Assembly: GCA_963720265.1 (NCBI GenBank)
Contig: CAVRET010000002.1
Location: forward strand, 878,069 to 942,068
DNA from: an uncultured bacterium
GTDB taxonomy: Bacteria; Patescibacteriota; Saccharimonadia; UBA4664
Direction of reading: 5' to 3'
DNA: 64,000 nucleotides
A program made the position numbers and the translations under genes. Under the pieces are notes generated by a model. The model was given only the letters and a program-made list of their open reading frames with translations, did no database searches and was not told the origin of the DNA. Shown piece after piece: positions 44,392-52,889 of the stretch. The first letter of the stretch is position 1; each line of letters starts with the position of its first letter.

Positions 44392-45825
44392 CTAAGGGGT
44401 TTTGACCCTTCGCTCAATCAGTAAGCCAATGCCTGATACCCTGAGGTGTAGGCCCAGGTTTGACATAATTACGCGCTTTTCTCCTGGCGAGCTGTTGATG
44501 TACAGTCGCACGATTGGGTTGGGCGCTTCAATCTCGGGCCTTGTGGTACCGTTAATGCCCTCGGCCTCATGAAGCCTTTGGAGCCGCTCTGCGAGTTGAG
44601 CCAACTGAGATTCGAGCTCTTGGGCCTTGCCCGCATAGCGGTCTTGGCTAATCTCTCCAGCCAGTTTCTCTTCGTAAAGCCTTTCTTGCATACGTTTGGT
44701 ACGTTGAACTTGGGCGTTAATGGATTCAACCACTTTTGCCCGGTACGCACCGACTGTCTCGGCCGGCCGGCTTTTTTCTATCGCCTGCTTGAGACCTGTG
44801 ATCACGGCTCCGTTTGAGTCATGGATCTTCTCAAGTAGGTCAATAACCTTTTGCTCAACCCGGTCTTCGCGCAAGCCCTTCCCACTACAAGCTGCCTTTG
44901 TGCGCTGGCAGTATCCATAATAGCGCCCTTTTTGCTTTTCCCAGCTAACCAGCCCGCCACAAGAGTCGCATCGAACCATGCCCTTAAAGACAGGGTCGTG
45001 TTTCCTGGACCTACTGAGGGACTTGCGGTGTAGTTTTGCCTGCACCTGATCAAATAGCTCTTGGCTTATGATTGGTTCCTGCGCGCCGGGATATTCCTTG
45101 CCATCGAGCCGGTTGATTCCGATGTAGAACGGGTTGCCCAACATCTTGGCCACAGCACTCTTTACATGCGGATGCCCATGCTTGGTAACAATGCCCATCG
45201 CGGCCATCTCCAATGTAATGGATTGGACGCTGTGATTGGGCGTCATGTATAGCTCGAATACACGCTGGACAAGGGCCATGGTTGCAGGATTGGGCACGTG
45301 AATGCGCTTGCCGGCTTCGGTGATGGTCATGTACCCCGGCGGCGGCGGAGCGGGCAGCCAACCTTGCGCAAGTTTTTCGGCCCATCCCTTCATGACTTCT
45401 TCCCGGAGATTGTCCGTGTACTTCTTGGCCAGGGCCAGATTGATACTCCACATAAACTTGGTGTCGGATCGAGACTTCTTTTGTAGGACTTGTCCCTCCT
45501 TTACCAGATGCAACGTGCGGCGCTCATCGCTTTCGAGCCAATCATCGATGCGAGCGGCGTCGCGGAGGTTGCGGGTAAGGCGGTCGGTTTTTTCTACCAC
45601 CAGGTGGAGGACTCTGTCCTTTGTAATTACCTTCAGCATCTCCTGGAACACGGTGCGTCGCAGTTGTTTGGAAGCGGTTTCAGTGATGCGGAATTCCCGA
45701 ACCACTGTAAGCTCTTTGGCGGCGCAATAGTCGCGAAGGAGTTTGATTTGTGAATCAAGGGAGTAGCCTTCGTCTTCTTGTGACTTACTCGAAACCCTAG
45801 CCAGAATGATGGCTTTTGTCTGCAT
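44392..45825 (-). CDS. large serine recombinase
   Basis: AIILARVSSKSQ catalytic motif and a C-terminal zinc ribbon (CDSCGG...YCQRTKAAC), 477 aa. Confidence 0.8.
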   Translation of the reverse strand: MQTKAIILARVSSKSQEDEGYSLDSQIKLLRDYCAAKELTVVREFRITETASKQLRRTVFQEMLKVITKDRVLHLVVEKTDRLTRNLRDAARIDDWLESDERRTLHLVKEGQVLQKKSRSDTKFMWSINLALAKKYTDNLREEVMKGWAEKLAQGWLPAPPPPGYMTITEAGKRIHVPNPATMALVQRVFELYMTPNHSVQSITLEMAAMGIVTKHGHPHVKSAVAKMLGNPFYIGINRLDGKEYPGAQEPIISQELFDQVQAKLHRKSLSRSRKHDPVFKGMVRCDSCGGLVSWEKQKGRYYGYCQRTKAACSGKGLREDRVEQKVIDLLEKIHDSNGAVITGLKQAIEKSRPAETVGAYRAKVVESINAQVQRTKRMQERLYEEKLAGEISQDRYAGKAQELESQLAQLAERLQRLHEAEGINGTTRPEIEAPNPIVRLYINSSPGEKRVIMSNLGLHLRVSGIGLLIERRVKTP

Positions 45826-45908
45826 GTATCCCTCCTATGTGGGTTATATTTTGTCTTTGACACTATCAATATTTGGATATATTATCAATATATGGATAGC
45901 TCGGAGGG

Positions 45909-46235
45909 ATGAGCATGTTACAGCAACAGATGGAGCTACTGCCCACAGCGGGGACCGCATTAGCGTTAGTGCCGCCCGTCAGCGACAAGGCCCCGGCTCC
46001 GGTCGTCAAGGACCGCTCGCTTGAAGGCGCGATGATGCGAATTTTTCCTAAGAGTCAGGATGAAGCGCGACTGGAGCAGGCCCGCCGGATTATGGGCGAC
46101 GAGATTAATGCGCTTAGTGATGCGGAGCTGACCGAGCACTTGGCGCAGTTCCAGTACTTAATCGACCAGTGGCTTGATGAATTCGAGCGGCAAGCATTCG
46201 AGGGCCGGACGCTGCGGCAGATGATTGGGGGCTGA
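45909..46235 (+). CDS. hypothetical protein (108 aa) preceding the second recombinase
   Basis: ORF track. Its stop overlaps the recombinase start region. Confidence 0.35.
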   Translation: MSMLQQQMELLPTAGTALALVPPVSDKAPAPVVKDRSLEGAMMRIFPKSQDEARLEQARRIMGDEINALSDAELTEHLAQFQYLIDQWLDEFERQAFEGRTLRQMIGG

Positions 46236-46236
46236 C

Positions 46237-47871
46237 ATGGGTGGGCTTGCAGTGAAATCGGTGGTTCCGGAAACACGGCAAGCAGTACTGTATTTGCGCG
46301 TTTCGACCGAAGAGCAGGTCGAGAATTATTCCCTTGAGACGCAGGCTGAAATCTGCAAACGGGAGGCCGATCGGCGCGGACTTGAGATTGCCCAAGTCTT
46401 TCGAGAGGAGGGCCGATCGGCCAAAACCATGAAGGATAGGCCGGCACTTATTCAGCTTTTGGAGTTCTGCAGAAGGCACAAGCGTGAGGTTAATTCCGTT
46501 ATCGTTTACCGCTTGGATCGTATTTCGCGGCAGACGGCGGACTACCTGGCAATTCGCAAGAAACTGGCGGATTACGAAATTACTATCATTTCGGCCACGG
46601 AACCGACCGGCGACACTCCAACTGAGAAGTTCGTCGAGACACTATTGGCCGGCTTTGCTCAGATGGACAACGACGTCCGCAGCGAGCGAACTAAAAACGG
46701 GTTGCGGGCTAGGTTCCTGGCTGGACTACACAATGCGACTGCCCCGATGGGGTACAGGGCGCAAAACGGATATGTGGTGAAAGACCCCGAAACGTTTGAA
46801 AACATAAGGGCCGCTTGGGAGCTGATGGCGACCGGGACCAAGAGTTTGGGTGAGATTATTCAGTTTCTCAATGAGGCTGGCGTCCGGAACCGGCGCAAAG
46901 ATTATGGGGAGCGTACCTTGCGAAAGCAGACAGTCAGCAAGATGTTCCGGAACAAGTTTTACGCCGGCAAAGTTGTGTCGCGAAAGCACGGGCTTGAGGC
47001 ACAGGGGCAGCACGTACCGATGATTACCGAGGAGCTGTTTTACAAGGTGCAGGCCATACTGGACGGTCGGCTGACGGCATCCCCCGATCTTAGCCACCGC
47101 GTTCAGGACAAAGAGGACTTTCCGCTTCGCCGCGTCATTAAATGCTCAATTTGCTTGGAGCCCTTTACCGGCGCATGGAGCAAGGGTCGGCTGCGGCGGT
47201 ACGGGTACTACTTCTGCCACAAACGCTGTTATATGGGCAAGTCGGTGCCAGTTGATTTGGCCGAGGAGCACTTGGCCAAGCTGCTGACAAGTATCAGCCT
47301 AAAGTCCGAAACCATTGACCTGATCATGGACCGGATTCGCAAGCGCTACCAGGAGCGGTTAGCCCCGATCCTGAGGCTGCGAGACCAGGCCGACGCCGAG
47401 ATTAAGCGGCTCAAGGAGCTGCGGCAGGCCCTAATCACAAAGAACTTAACCGGCGTCTATTCCGACGACGTCTACAAGGAGCAGAATGCCATGCTTGAGG
47501 ACCAGCTAAAGACTGTCTACGAGGCTAAGAATGAAACAACGCTCGAGAAATACAAGCTCGAGGATATAAGCGCATTCATGCACGCCAAGTTCGAGGATTG
47601 GAACAAAACGTACCAGAAAGCGAGTCTGGAGCAGAAAAAAATTTTGCTGTGTTCGACATTCCCGGAAGGCATGATGTGGCAGTATCCAGGCTTGTCGAAC
47701 ACCAAAATAAGCCCTTTCTATAGGGCTTTTCTGGACGTTGAACAGGGGGATAAATTCTCTGGTGCGCGAGAGAGGAGTCGAACCTCCACGCCTTGCGGCA
47801 CTTGCCCCTCAGACAAGCGTGTCTACCATTCCACCACTCGCGCGGGTGGTAACCGGACAACTATAGCATAA
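46237..47871 (+). CDS. large serine recombinase/integrase; 3' end antisense across tRNA-Leu
   Basis: AVLYLRVSTEEQ and a C-terminal zinc ribbon (CSICLEPF...FCHKRC). The ATG at 46237 is the likely start, and the track start at 46225 is TTG. The last approximately 37 codons lie opposite the tRNA. Confidence 0.75.
   Translation: MGGLAVKSVVPETRQAVLYLRVSTEEQVENYSLETQAEICKREADRRGLEIAQVFREEGRSAKTMKDRPALIQLLEFCRRHKREVNSVIVYRLDRISRQTADYLAIRKKLADYEITIISATEPTGDTPTEKFVETLLAGFAQMDNDVRSERTKNGLRARFLAGLHNATAPMGYRAQNGYVVKDPETFENIRAAWELMATGTKSLGEIIQFLNEAGVRNRRKDYGERTLRKQTVSKMFRNKFYAGKVVSRKHGLEAQGQHVPMITEELFYKVQAILDGRLTASPDLSHRVQDKEDFPLRRVIKCSICLEPFTGAWSKGRLRRYGYYFCHKRCYMGKSVPVDLAEEHLAKLLTSISLKSETIDLIMDRIRKRYQERLAPILRLRDQADAEIKRLKELRQALITKNLTGVYSDDVYKEQNAMLEDQLKTVYEAKNETTLEKYKLEDISAFMHAKFEDWNKTYQKASLEQKKILLCSTFPEGMMWQYPGLSNTKISPFYRAFLDVEQGDKFSGARERSRTSTPCGTCPSDKRVYHSTTRAGGNRTTIA
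47760..47843 (-). tRNA. tRNA-Leu (anticodon GAG), long variable arm
   Basis: The complement reads GCGCGAGTGGTGGAATGGTAGACACGCTTGTCTGAGGGGCAAGTGCCGCAAGGCGTGGAGGTTCGACTCCTCTCTCGCGCACCA. It has acceptor stem GCGCGAG/CTCGCGC, anticodon loop CTGAGGG (GAG), an approximately 13-nt variable arm, T-loop TTCGACT and an encoded CCA. Confidence 0.75.
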
Positions 47872-47892
47872 CCATGGCCGCGGCACTAGGCG

Positions 47893-48234
47893 CTACGACA
47901 CTATGTAGGCGACCCATAGGCAAATTAAGCCCAGGAACATGGTGAACGGCCAGAGAAAGTAGACGTTGATGTTGTAATAGACTGGGTCGGGGCGGCGCCA
48001 AAACGCCTCGCCTTTGGATTTCTTGTGATTTTTGAGATACAACTCCCAGATGCGATCGCGGTTGACTTCAACTAATGCGCCGGCTACAAGGAGCGTTGTG
48101 CCAATGCCCACCAGACCAAAGACCGGCCGGCCCTGGCCGAGCAAGGCAAAGATCGCCAGTAGGAGTAAAAACAGTCCGGGCGCAAACCGCGGCGGCGGGA
48201 CTTTGTGGCGAATGAACAAACTTGAGATTAGCAT
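47893..48234 (-). CDS. small membrane protein (113 aa, 3 hydrophobic segments)
   Basis: ORF track, with hydrophobic stretches. Confidence 0.4.
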   Translation of the reverse strand: MLISSLFIRHKVPPPRFAPGLFLLLLAIFALLGQGRPVFGLVGIGTTLLVAGALVEVNRDRIWELYLKNHKKSKGEAFWRRPDPVYYNINVYFLWPFTMFLGLICLWVAYIVS

Positions 48235-48258
48235 GATGCCTCCTTAACTATTAATTCG

Positions 48259-49887
48259 CTACGAACTCGGTGGATAATCGGCGAAGCGGGCGGCAGAATA
48301 GTCGCCGCGCAAGTGGGACCGGGCGTAACTGTCGGTGGCGCCGGTTTTGACGAGCGGGCTAAACAGGCCGTGGGGATCAAAGACGGTTTTTACCTCGGCC
48401 TGCACGGCTGCCAGTTCGTCGCCGTAGACTCCGGCCAGCAGCGGGCCGTGCAGCAGGCCGTCGCCGGCACCGCCCGTGGGTGTGCCGCCAAGTGAGACGA
48501 CCATGTCGGTGAATTCGCGGCCAAGGTTGAGCAGCTTGTCGACGTCCCGTTTGCGGCCAAGATCAAGGACTGGGTGCAGGCTCACCTGGCCGTCACCAGC
48601 CGCGCCGGATAATGGGGTAGCAAGATCGTATTTGGTTAGTAATTTGGCGGTTTTATCGAGAGCCATAGTCCACTTGGCCGGTGGCACAAAAGCGTCATCC
48701 GCTAGCGGCAACGCCGGCTTGGAACCGGCGACAGGCCAAACCGTTTCGCCAACTGAGCGGCGAATTTTCCACCACTGCACTTGCTCAAGCGGATCAACCG
48801 TGGTGTGGGGCTTGCCCCCGCCGCGAGTCAGCAATCGGGCCGCCCGGACGGATTTGAATTTTTGCGCCAGCTGCGACACATCATCGAATTCAACTAAGAA
48901 GAAGAGCCGCGGGGTGTGATCTTTAATGAGGTCGGCGAGATAGCCGGGGTGATGCTCCCGGAGCTCGTCAAGCCAGGCCCGGTCGACGAATTCAAGCGTG
49001 CTGGGGCCGAGCTCGCGCAATTTGGTCAAGGTGCTGTCGGCGTGGTCGAGTGAATCACAACCGCCCGCCACGAGCGTCGTGCGGGAATGAAACGGTGCGG
49101 TCGCGAGTGTTACCTCAGTGATGAGGCCGAGCGTACCTTCGGAGCCGATAATAATTTGGCTGAGGTCAAAGGCGGCACCGGCGTTGCGCACAGCACTCAG
49201 CGCATAGCCACAAGCGTTGCGCGTGGCAGACGGTGCATGCGCGGCGATGAGCAGGCCGTTGTCGGATAGTAGATTTGAGAGTTTGCGGTAGACCTCACCT
49301 TCGAAGGTGGCGAGGCCACGCTTACGGCTGAGTTCGCGGGTAGTTAACTTCCTGGTCGTAACCACCGAGCCGTCGGCCAGCACCACTTTGAGGTTTTTAA
49401 CAAAATGGCGGAGGCCGCCATATTTGAGCGCCTTAGGACCGGCCGCACCGGTGGCCACGGCCCCGCCCACCGTAGTGTGGCGGCCAAGCCCATGGGCCGG
49501 CGGTAACCAGCGACCGTGTGTGACTAATACTTGTTGCAAGGCATGGAGGCTCATACCGGGCTGAACGGTGACGGCGCTTGGTTCAAGCCTAAGGAGCTTG
49601 TCCATGTGGCCTGGAAACACTACCCCAACCCCCTCGCCGAGCGCCCCGCCTGTGGTGCCGGCGCCAAATCCACGCGCAGTCAGGCTTAGAGGCTTGCCGG
49701 AAGCCGTGCGGTCGCGCGCAAACTCGACCAGGCGGCGCACGTCGGCGGTATTGGCCGGATAGGCGACGGCCGTTGGTGTAACCTCAAAAATGCTGGCATC
49801 AGTTGAGAAATACTCAAGCGTGGCCGGATCGTCGGTAACTGATCCGAGCAAGCCGCTCGCCAACTCTTTGAGATAGGCCTTCTTCAT
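48259..49887 (-). CDS. FAD-linked oxidase (GlcD/D-lactate dehydrogenase family; FAD_binding_4 + FAD-oxidase C-terminal)
   Basis: YSTDASIFEVTP...AVAYPANTADV...TARGFGAGTTGGAL...TVQPGMSLHALQQVL...HTTVGGAVATGAAG follows the PCMH-type FAD-binding pattern. Confidence 0.75.
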   Translation of the reverse strand: MKKAYLKELASGLLGSVTDDPATLEYFSTDASIFEVTPTAVAYPANTADVRRLVEFARDRTASGKPLSLTARGFGAGTTGGALGEGVGVVFPGHMDKLLRLEPSAVTVQPGMSLHALQQVLVTHGRWLPPAHGLGRHTTVGGAVATGAAGPKALKYGGLRHFVKNLKVVLADGSVVTTRKLTTRELSRKRGLATFEGEVYRKLSNLLSDNGLLIAAHAPSATRNACGYALSAVRNAGAAFDLSQIIIGSEGTLGLITEVTLATAPFHSRTTLVAGGCDSLDHADSTLTKLRELGPSTLEFVDRAWLDELREHHPGYLADLIKDHTPRLFFLVEFDDVSQLAQKFKSVRAARLLTRGGGKPHTTVDPLEQVQWWKIRRSVGETVWPVAGSKPALPLADDAFVPPAKWTMALDKTAKLLTKYDLATPLSGAAGDGQVSLHPVLDLGRKRDVDKLLNLGREFTDMVVSLGGTPTGGAGDGLLHGPLLAGVYGDELAAVQAEVKTVFDPHGLFSPLVKTGATDSYARSHLRGDYSAARFADYPPSS

Positions 49888-49994
49888 GGCCTCATAATAC
49901 GGTCAAATGGGTAAAATTACAAAGCGCTTGGCTTAGCGCGGGCGGGACGCCGGGTATTTGATACCTACCCGGCGTCCCGCCATTGTTGTGGTCC

Positions 49995-50375
49995 TCACGA
50001 CCCGTCGGTGGCCGCCGCAGTCAGCACATAGACTGACTCAACCAGGCTCCCCGATTCCAGGACGTGTAGGGTGCGGCCCATCAGGCCAATGTAGACATCC
50101 GGCCCGATATCGCTGGCGCGGCAGACCATGATGTAGCCGAGGCGGCGGTTGGGGTCGTGAAACGTCAGCGTGAGGAAACCCTGACCGTCGCCTACGAGCT
50201 TTACGAAACTCAGCCCGGCGAACCAGGTTTGGATTGCGACGGTTGAGCTCGCTAGCTCAGATTGTATGCGGCGCATTGCATCGGCAATCGCTTCCTCGAC
50301 TGATCCGGGGCTCGCACTGCCTGCGGCTCCGGGCGCTGGTGGATCCGGTGTCATTTGCCTATCCGCCCTTCTCAC
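49995..50375 (-). CDS. hypothetical protein (126 aa)
   Basis: ORF track. Confidence 0.35.
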   Translation of the reverse strand: MRRADRQMTPDPPAPGAAGSASPGSVEEAIADAMRRIQSELASSTVAIQTWFAGLSFVKLVGDGQGFLTLTFHDPNRRLGYIMVCRASDIGPDVYIGLMGRTLHVLESGSLVESVYVLTAAATDGS

Positions 50376-50415
50376 TCATAACGTGGGTTATGCTTAGCTG
50401 GTTATAGCATTATTA

Positions 50416-50444
50416 TTGACAAAATGTCAATCAGTGTGTATTGT
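50416..50444 (+). promoter_or_regulatory. sigma70-like promoter (TTGACA - 17 bp - TATTGT) with palindrome TTGACAAAATGTCAA overlapping the -35
   Basis: Read directly from the sequence. It lies about 150 nt upstream of the RecA-like gene start, which has a GGAGGTG RBS. Confidence 0.3.
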
Positions 50445-50590
50445 AATAGCGAAGACAGGCGGAGCCAATATTGAGGTGTGATAGCCTCAGGTTTTGTTTG
50501 TCATCGTTCGACACAATTTGGCAATCCAACCCACCGACGGGTTCGGCGGGTTTGTAGCCCGTAGCCATCGACATCAGGAGGTGTTGTTTC

Positions 50591-51541
50591 ATGTCGGACT
50601 CCGCGGACGATGGCCTTGCCGCCTTCGAGCCCGTGGCGCACGCCGTGAATCAGCGTCGCGCAAACAGCAAGAAGAGCGGTCGAATCGGCCGCGCTTCGGA
50701 CCTGCCCCCAGACGACGAGATACTGCAGGTCGGCATCCCGTGGCTTGCCAGTATCACCGGCGGCGGGATCGTGATGGGCAAAGTGGTCCTCGCCTACGGC
50801 GAAGAGCAGTGCGGCAAGACCGACGACGCGCTCAGAGCCTGCAAGCAGGTCATTGATGATGGCGGGACCGCGGTTATCTACCCGACCGAGCCGCTCAGCC
50901 TGGCGCACATCAAGGCCGTGGGCATCAAGCCGCACGACCTGCTGATAGTCGTGGCCGACAACGGCGACGATGCCCTTGAGACGATCACGGACTACCTGGA
51001 GGACTGCTTCAAGGAGCGTGGACGCGGACCCGAGCTGGTCGTCATCGACTCGGTGACGGCTATGCGAAGCCGCAAGGAGGCCACAACACACCGCGCCGCC
51101 AATGGCGCAATCACCCGTGGCTTCAATGCCTGGCTGCGCCTTCTCGAAGACGACCTTCCGAAGTACAAGACGTGTCTCTGGGTTATCAGCCAGTTGCGCA
51201 CGATTCCGCGCGGCGACGACGCCGAGAACGTTTACACCGGCGGACGCATGCTGGTTCACGCCGCCTGGCTGAAGGTTCGCTACCGCAAGGTGTGCGAAAT
51301 CTTCGACCCGAAGACTGTGGACGCAGCTGATCCTGAACCGATCGGCCGGGTCGTCGGGATCGTCGTGGAGAAGCTCAAGGGCGTGCGGATGCGAAGCAGC
51401 ACCAGGTTCACGCTGACGTATAACCGTGACGAAAGTGTGGCTCAGGTATCAGCAGGTGACGAACAGTCTGAGGCTGATGGACCCGCCCAGCCGGACGAAC
51501 GGCTCAACGGCCACCATCGTGGTCAGCCCGTTTCGGTCTAG
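50591..51541 (+). CDS. RecA-superfamily (KaiC/RadA/RecA-like) ATPase, non-canonical (316 aa)
   Basis: P-loop VLAYGEEQCGKTD and a Walker B-like hydrophobic strand ELVVIDSVTAM. It is not a canonical RecA (no GPESSGKTT). Confidence 0.55.
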   Translation: MSDSADDGLAAFEPVAHAVNQRRANSKKSGRIGRASDLPPDDEILQVGIPWLASITGGGIVMGKVVLAYGEEQCGKTDDALRACKQVIDDGGTAVIYPTEPLSLAHIKAVGIKPHDLLIVVADNGDDALETITDYLEDCFKERGRGPELVVIDSVTAMRSRKEATTHRAANGAITRGFNAWLRLLEDDLPKYKTCLWVISQLRTIPRGDDAENVYTGGRMLVHAAWLKVRYRKVCEIFDPKTVDAADPEPIGRVVGIVVEKLKGVRMRSSTRFTLTYNRDESVAQVSAGDEQSEADGPAQPDERLNGHHRGQPVSV

Positions 51542-51806
51542 CCGACCGACCGGGGAGGAGTCCAGCAACTACAATAAGAGGTGAGAAACAGAGGTGAGAT
51601 CGCGGCTACCGGATCCTGAAGTTCAGGACACCGGGGCCGCTGTCTCGTTTTTATTAGGCCTTGTATGACAAAAACGAGCCTTTCGGCTCGCTTTGCGGAT
51701 AGTCACATGTTGGTGAAGTGATACCTGCAAGTACCCACAAACAAATAAGAATATCCTAAATGTTCCACCCACACTCTTTCGACTACCTGGTACGTTTTTA
51801 TCACGG

Positions 51807-51815
51807 TGGTATGAT
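51807..51815 (+). promoter_or_regulatory. extended -10 element TGGTATGAT upstream of the G1 peptidase gene
   Basis: TGnTATGAT lies about 45 nt before the start codon. No clear -35. Confidence 0.25.
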
Positions 51816-51860
51816 AGTGGCAAGAGTAAAATTCTTGGCACCACAAAATTTGGTGCAGTC

Positions 51861-52889
51861 ATGCGAAAAAAGTCGAAAAGAAAAACCAGATCAATAGTTC
51901 GATCAAGACTCGCGGCCGTCGTGGTGATTGGCGGCGGGCTTTTGTTGGCGAGCCAGGTGCGGGCCGATCTTGCCACGCGCTCGAGCATGTTGGCTCGTGG
52001 CTCGGATGTAACCCTTATGGGGCCAACGGCCGACAAAGCGCCGAGTGCTGCCCCGACTGCCACGCCGGCCCCTAAAACAACGCCTGCGCCAAGCCGCGTA
52101 CCGGTGGCAACGCCGCATGTGAGAACCATTGTAAAAACGGTGCCGGCCGTCAAGACGTCACCCCATAGCAGTGTAAATAACCTGGTGCCGGTGGCGGAAG
52201 TGCCAGTTCCCAGCACGACTCCCACCCCCGGCCCCACAAGTACACCCGCTCCCCCACCGACGTACGCTTACACGTCGTCAAACTGGTCTGGGTATTTGGC
52301 TTCGGCCGGCACGTTTACCGGCGTGAGCGGAGGCTGGTCGGTGCCACAAGTTTCCGGCAACGGCCACTCCACCTCGGCTGATGCGACCTGGGTTGGCATT
52401 GGCGGGGTGACATCGTCGGATTTGATTCAGGTGGGCACGCAGGATTCGGTTTCTAGCCGCGGGCAAGTGAGCTCCGAAGCATTTTATGAGATGTTGCCGG
52501 CAGTGTCGACTCCGGTGCCGGGTATGACGGTGACGCCGGGCGACGTCATGAGCGCGAACATTACCCAGGTATCATCTGGGCAGTGGAAAATTAGCATCAC
52601 GGACGTGACCCAGAGCGAATCATACAACATTACGGTGTCGTATTCGTCGTCGCTGTCAACGGCCGAGTGGATTGAGGAAGATCCGAGCTATGCGGCTGGG
52701 CGCCAGATTCCGTTTGATGATTTTGGCTCGGTGAACTTTACCGGCGCGACTATGATTGAAAATGGCGGCGCTCAAACGCTCACCGGCGCCGGCGCGCAGG
52801 CTATTATTATGCAGATTCCGACCGGCAATACCGTGGCTTCGCCGTCGGGTATATCGGGGGACGGTGAAGGCTTTACGGTTAGCGGCTAA
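51861..52889 (+). CDS. secreted peptidase G1 (eqolisin / scytalidoglutamic peptidase) family protein with Pro/Thr-rich linker
   Basis: N-terminal TM/signal segment, YTSSNWSGY...GVSGGWSVP, Q-containing WVGIGG...LIQVGTQ and AFYEMLP (catalytic Gln/Glu context of the G1 family). Confidence 0.65.
   Translation: MRKKSKRKTRSIVRSRLAAVVVIGGGLLLASQVRADLATRSSMLARGSDVTLMGPTADKAPSAAPTATPAPKTTPAPSRVPVATPHVRTIVKTVPAVKTSPHSSVNNLVPVAEVPVPSTTPTPGPTSTPAPPPTYAYTSSNWSGYLASAGTFTGVSGGWSVPQVSGNGHSTSADATWVGIGGVTSSDLIQVGTQDSVSSRGQVSSEAFYEMLPAVSTPVPGMTVTPGDVMSANITQVSSGQWKISITDVTQSESYNITVSYSSSLSTAEWIEEDPSYAAGRQIPFDDFGSVNFTGATMIENGGAQTLTGAGAQAIIMQIPTGNTVASPSGISGDGEGFTVSG

Larger units (their letters stand above)
39182..47871. 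mobile_element. putative integrative element 2 at the 3' end of tRNA-Leu (may also carry the defense cargo to its left)
   Basis: DUF3768, replication-relaxation and TraD-like paralogs, a high-GC gene, and two divergent large serine recombinases, one of them ending inside tRNA-Leu. Boundaries undetermined. Confidence 0.45.
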
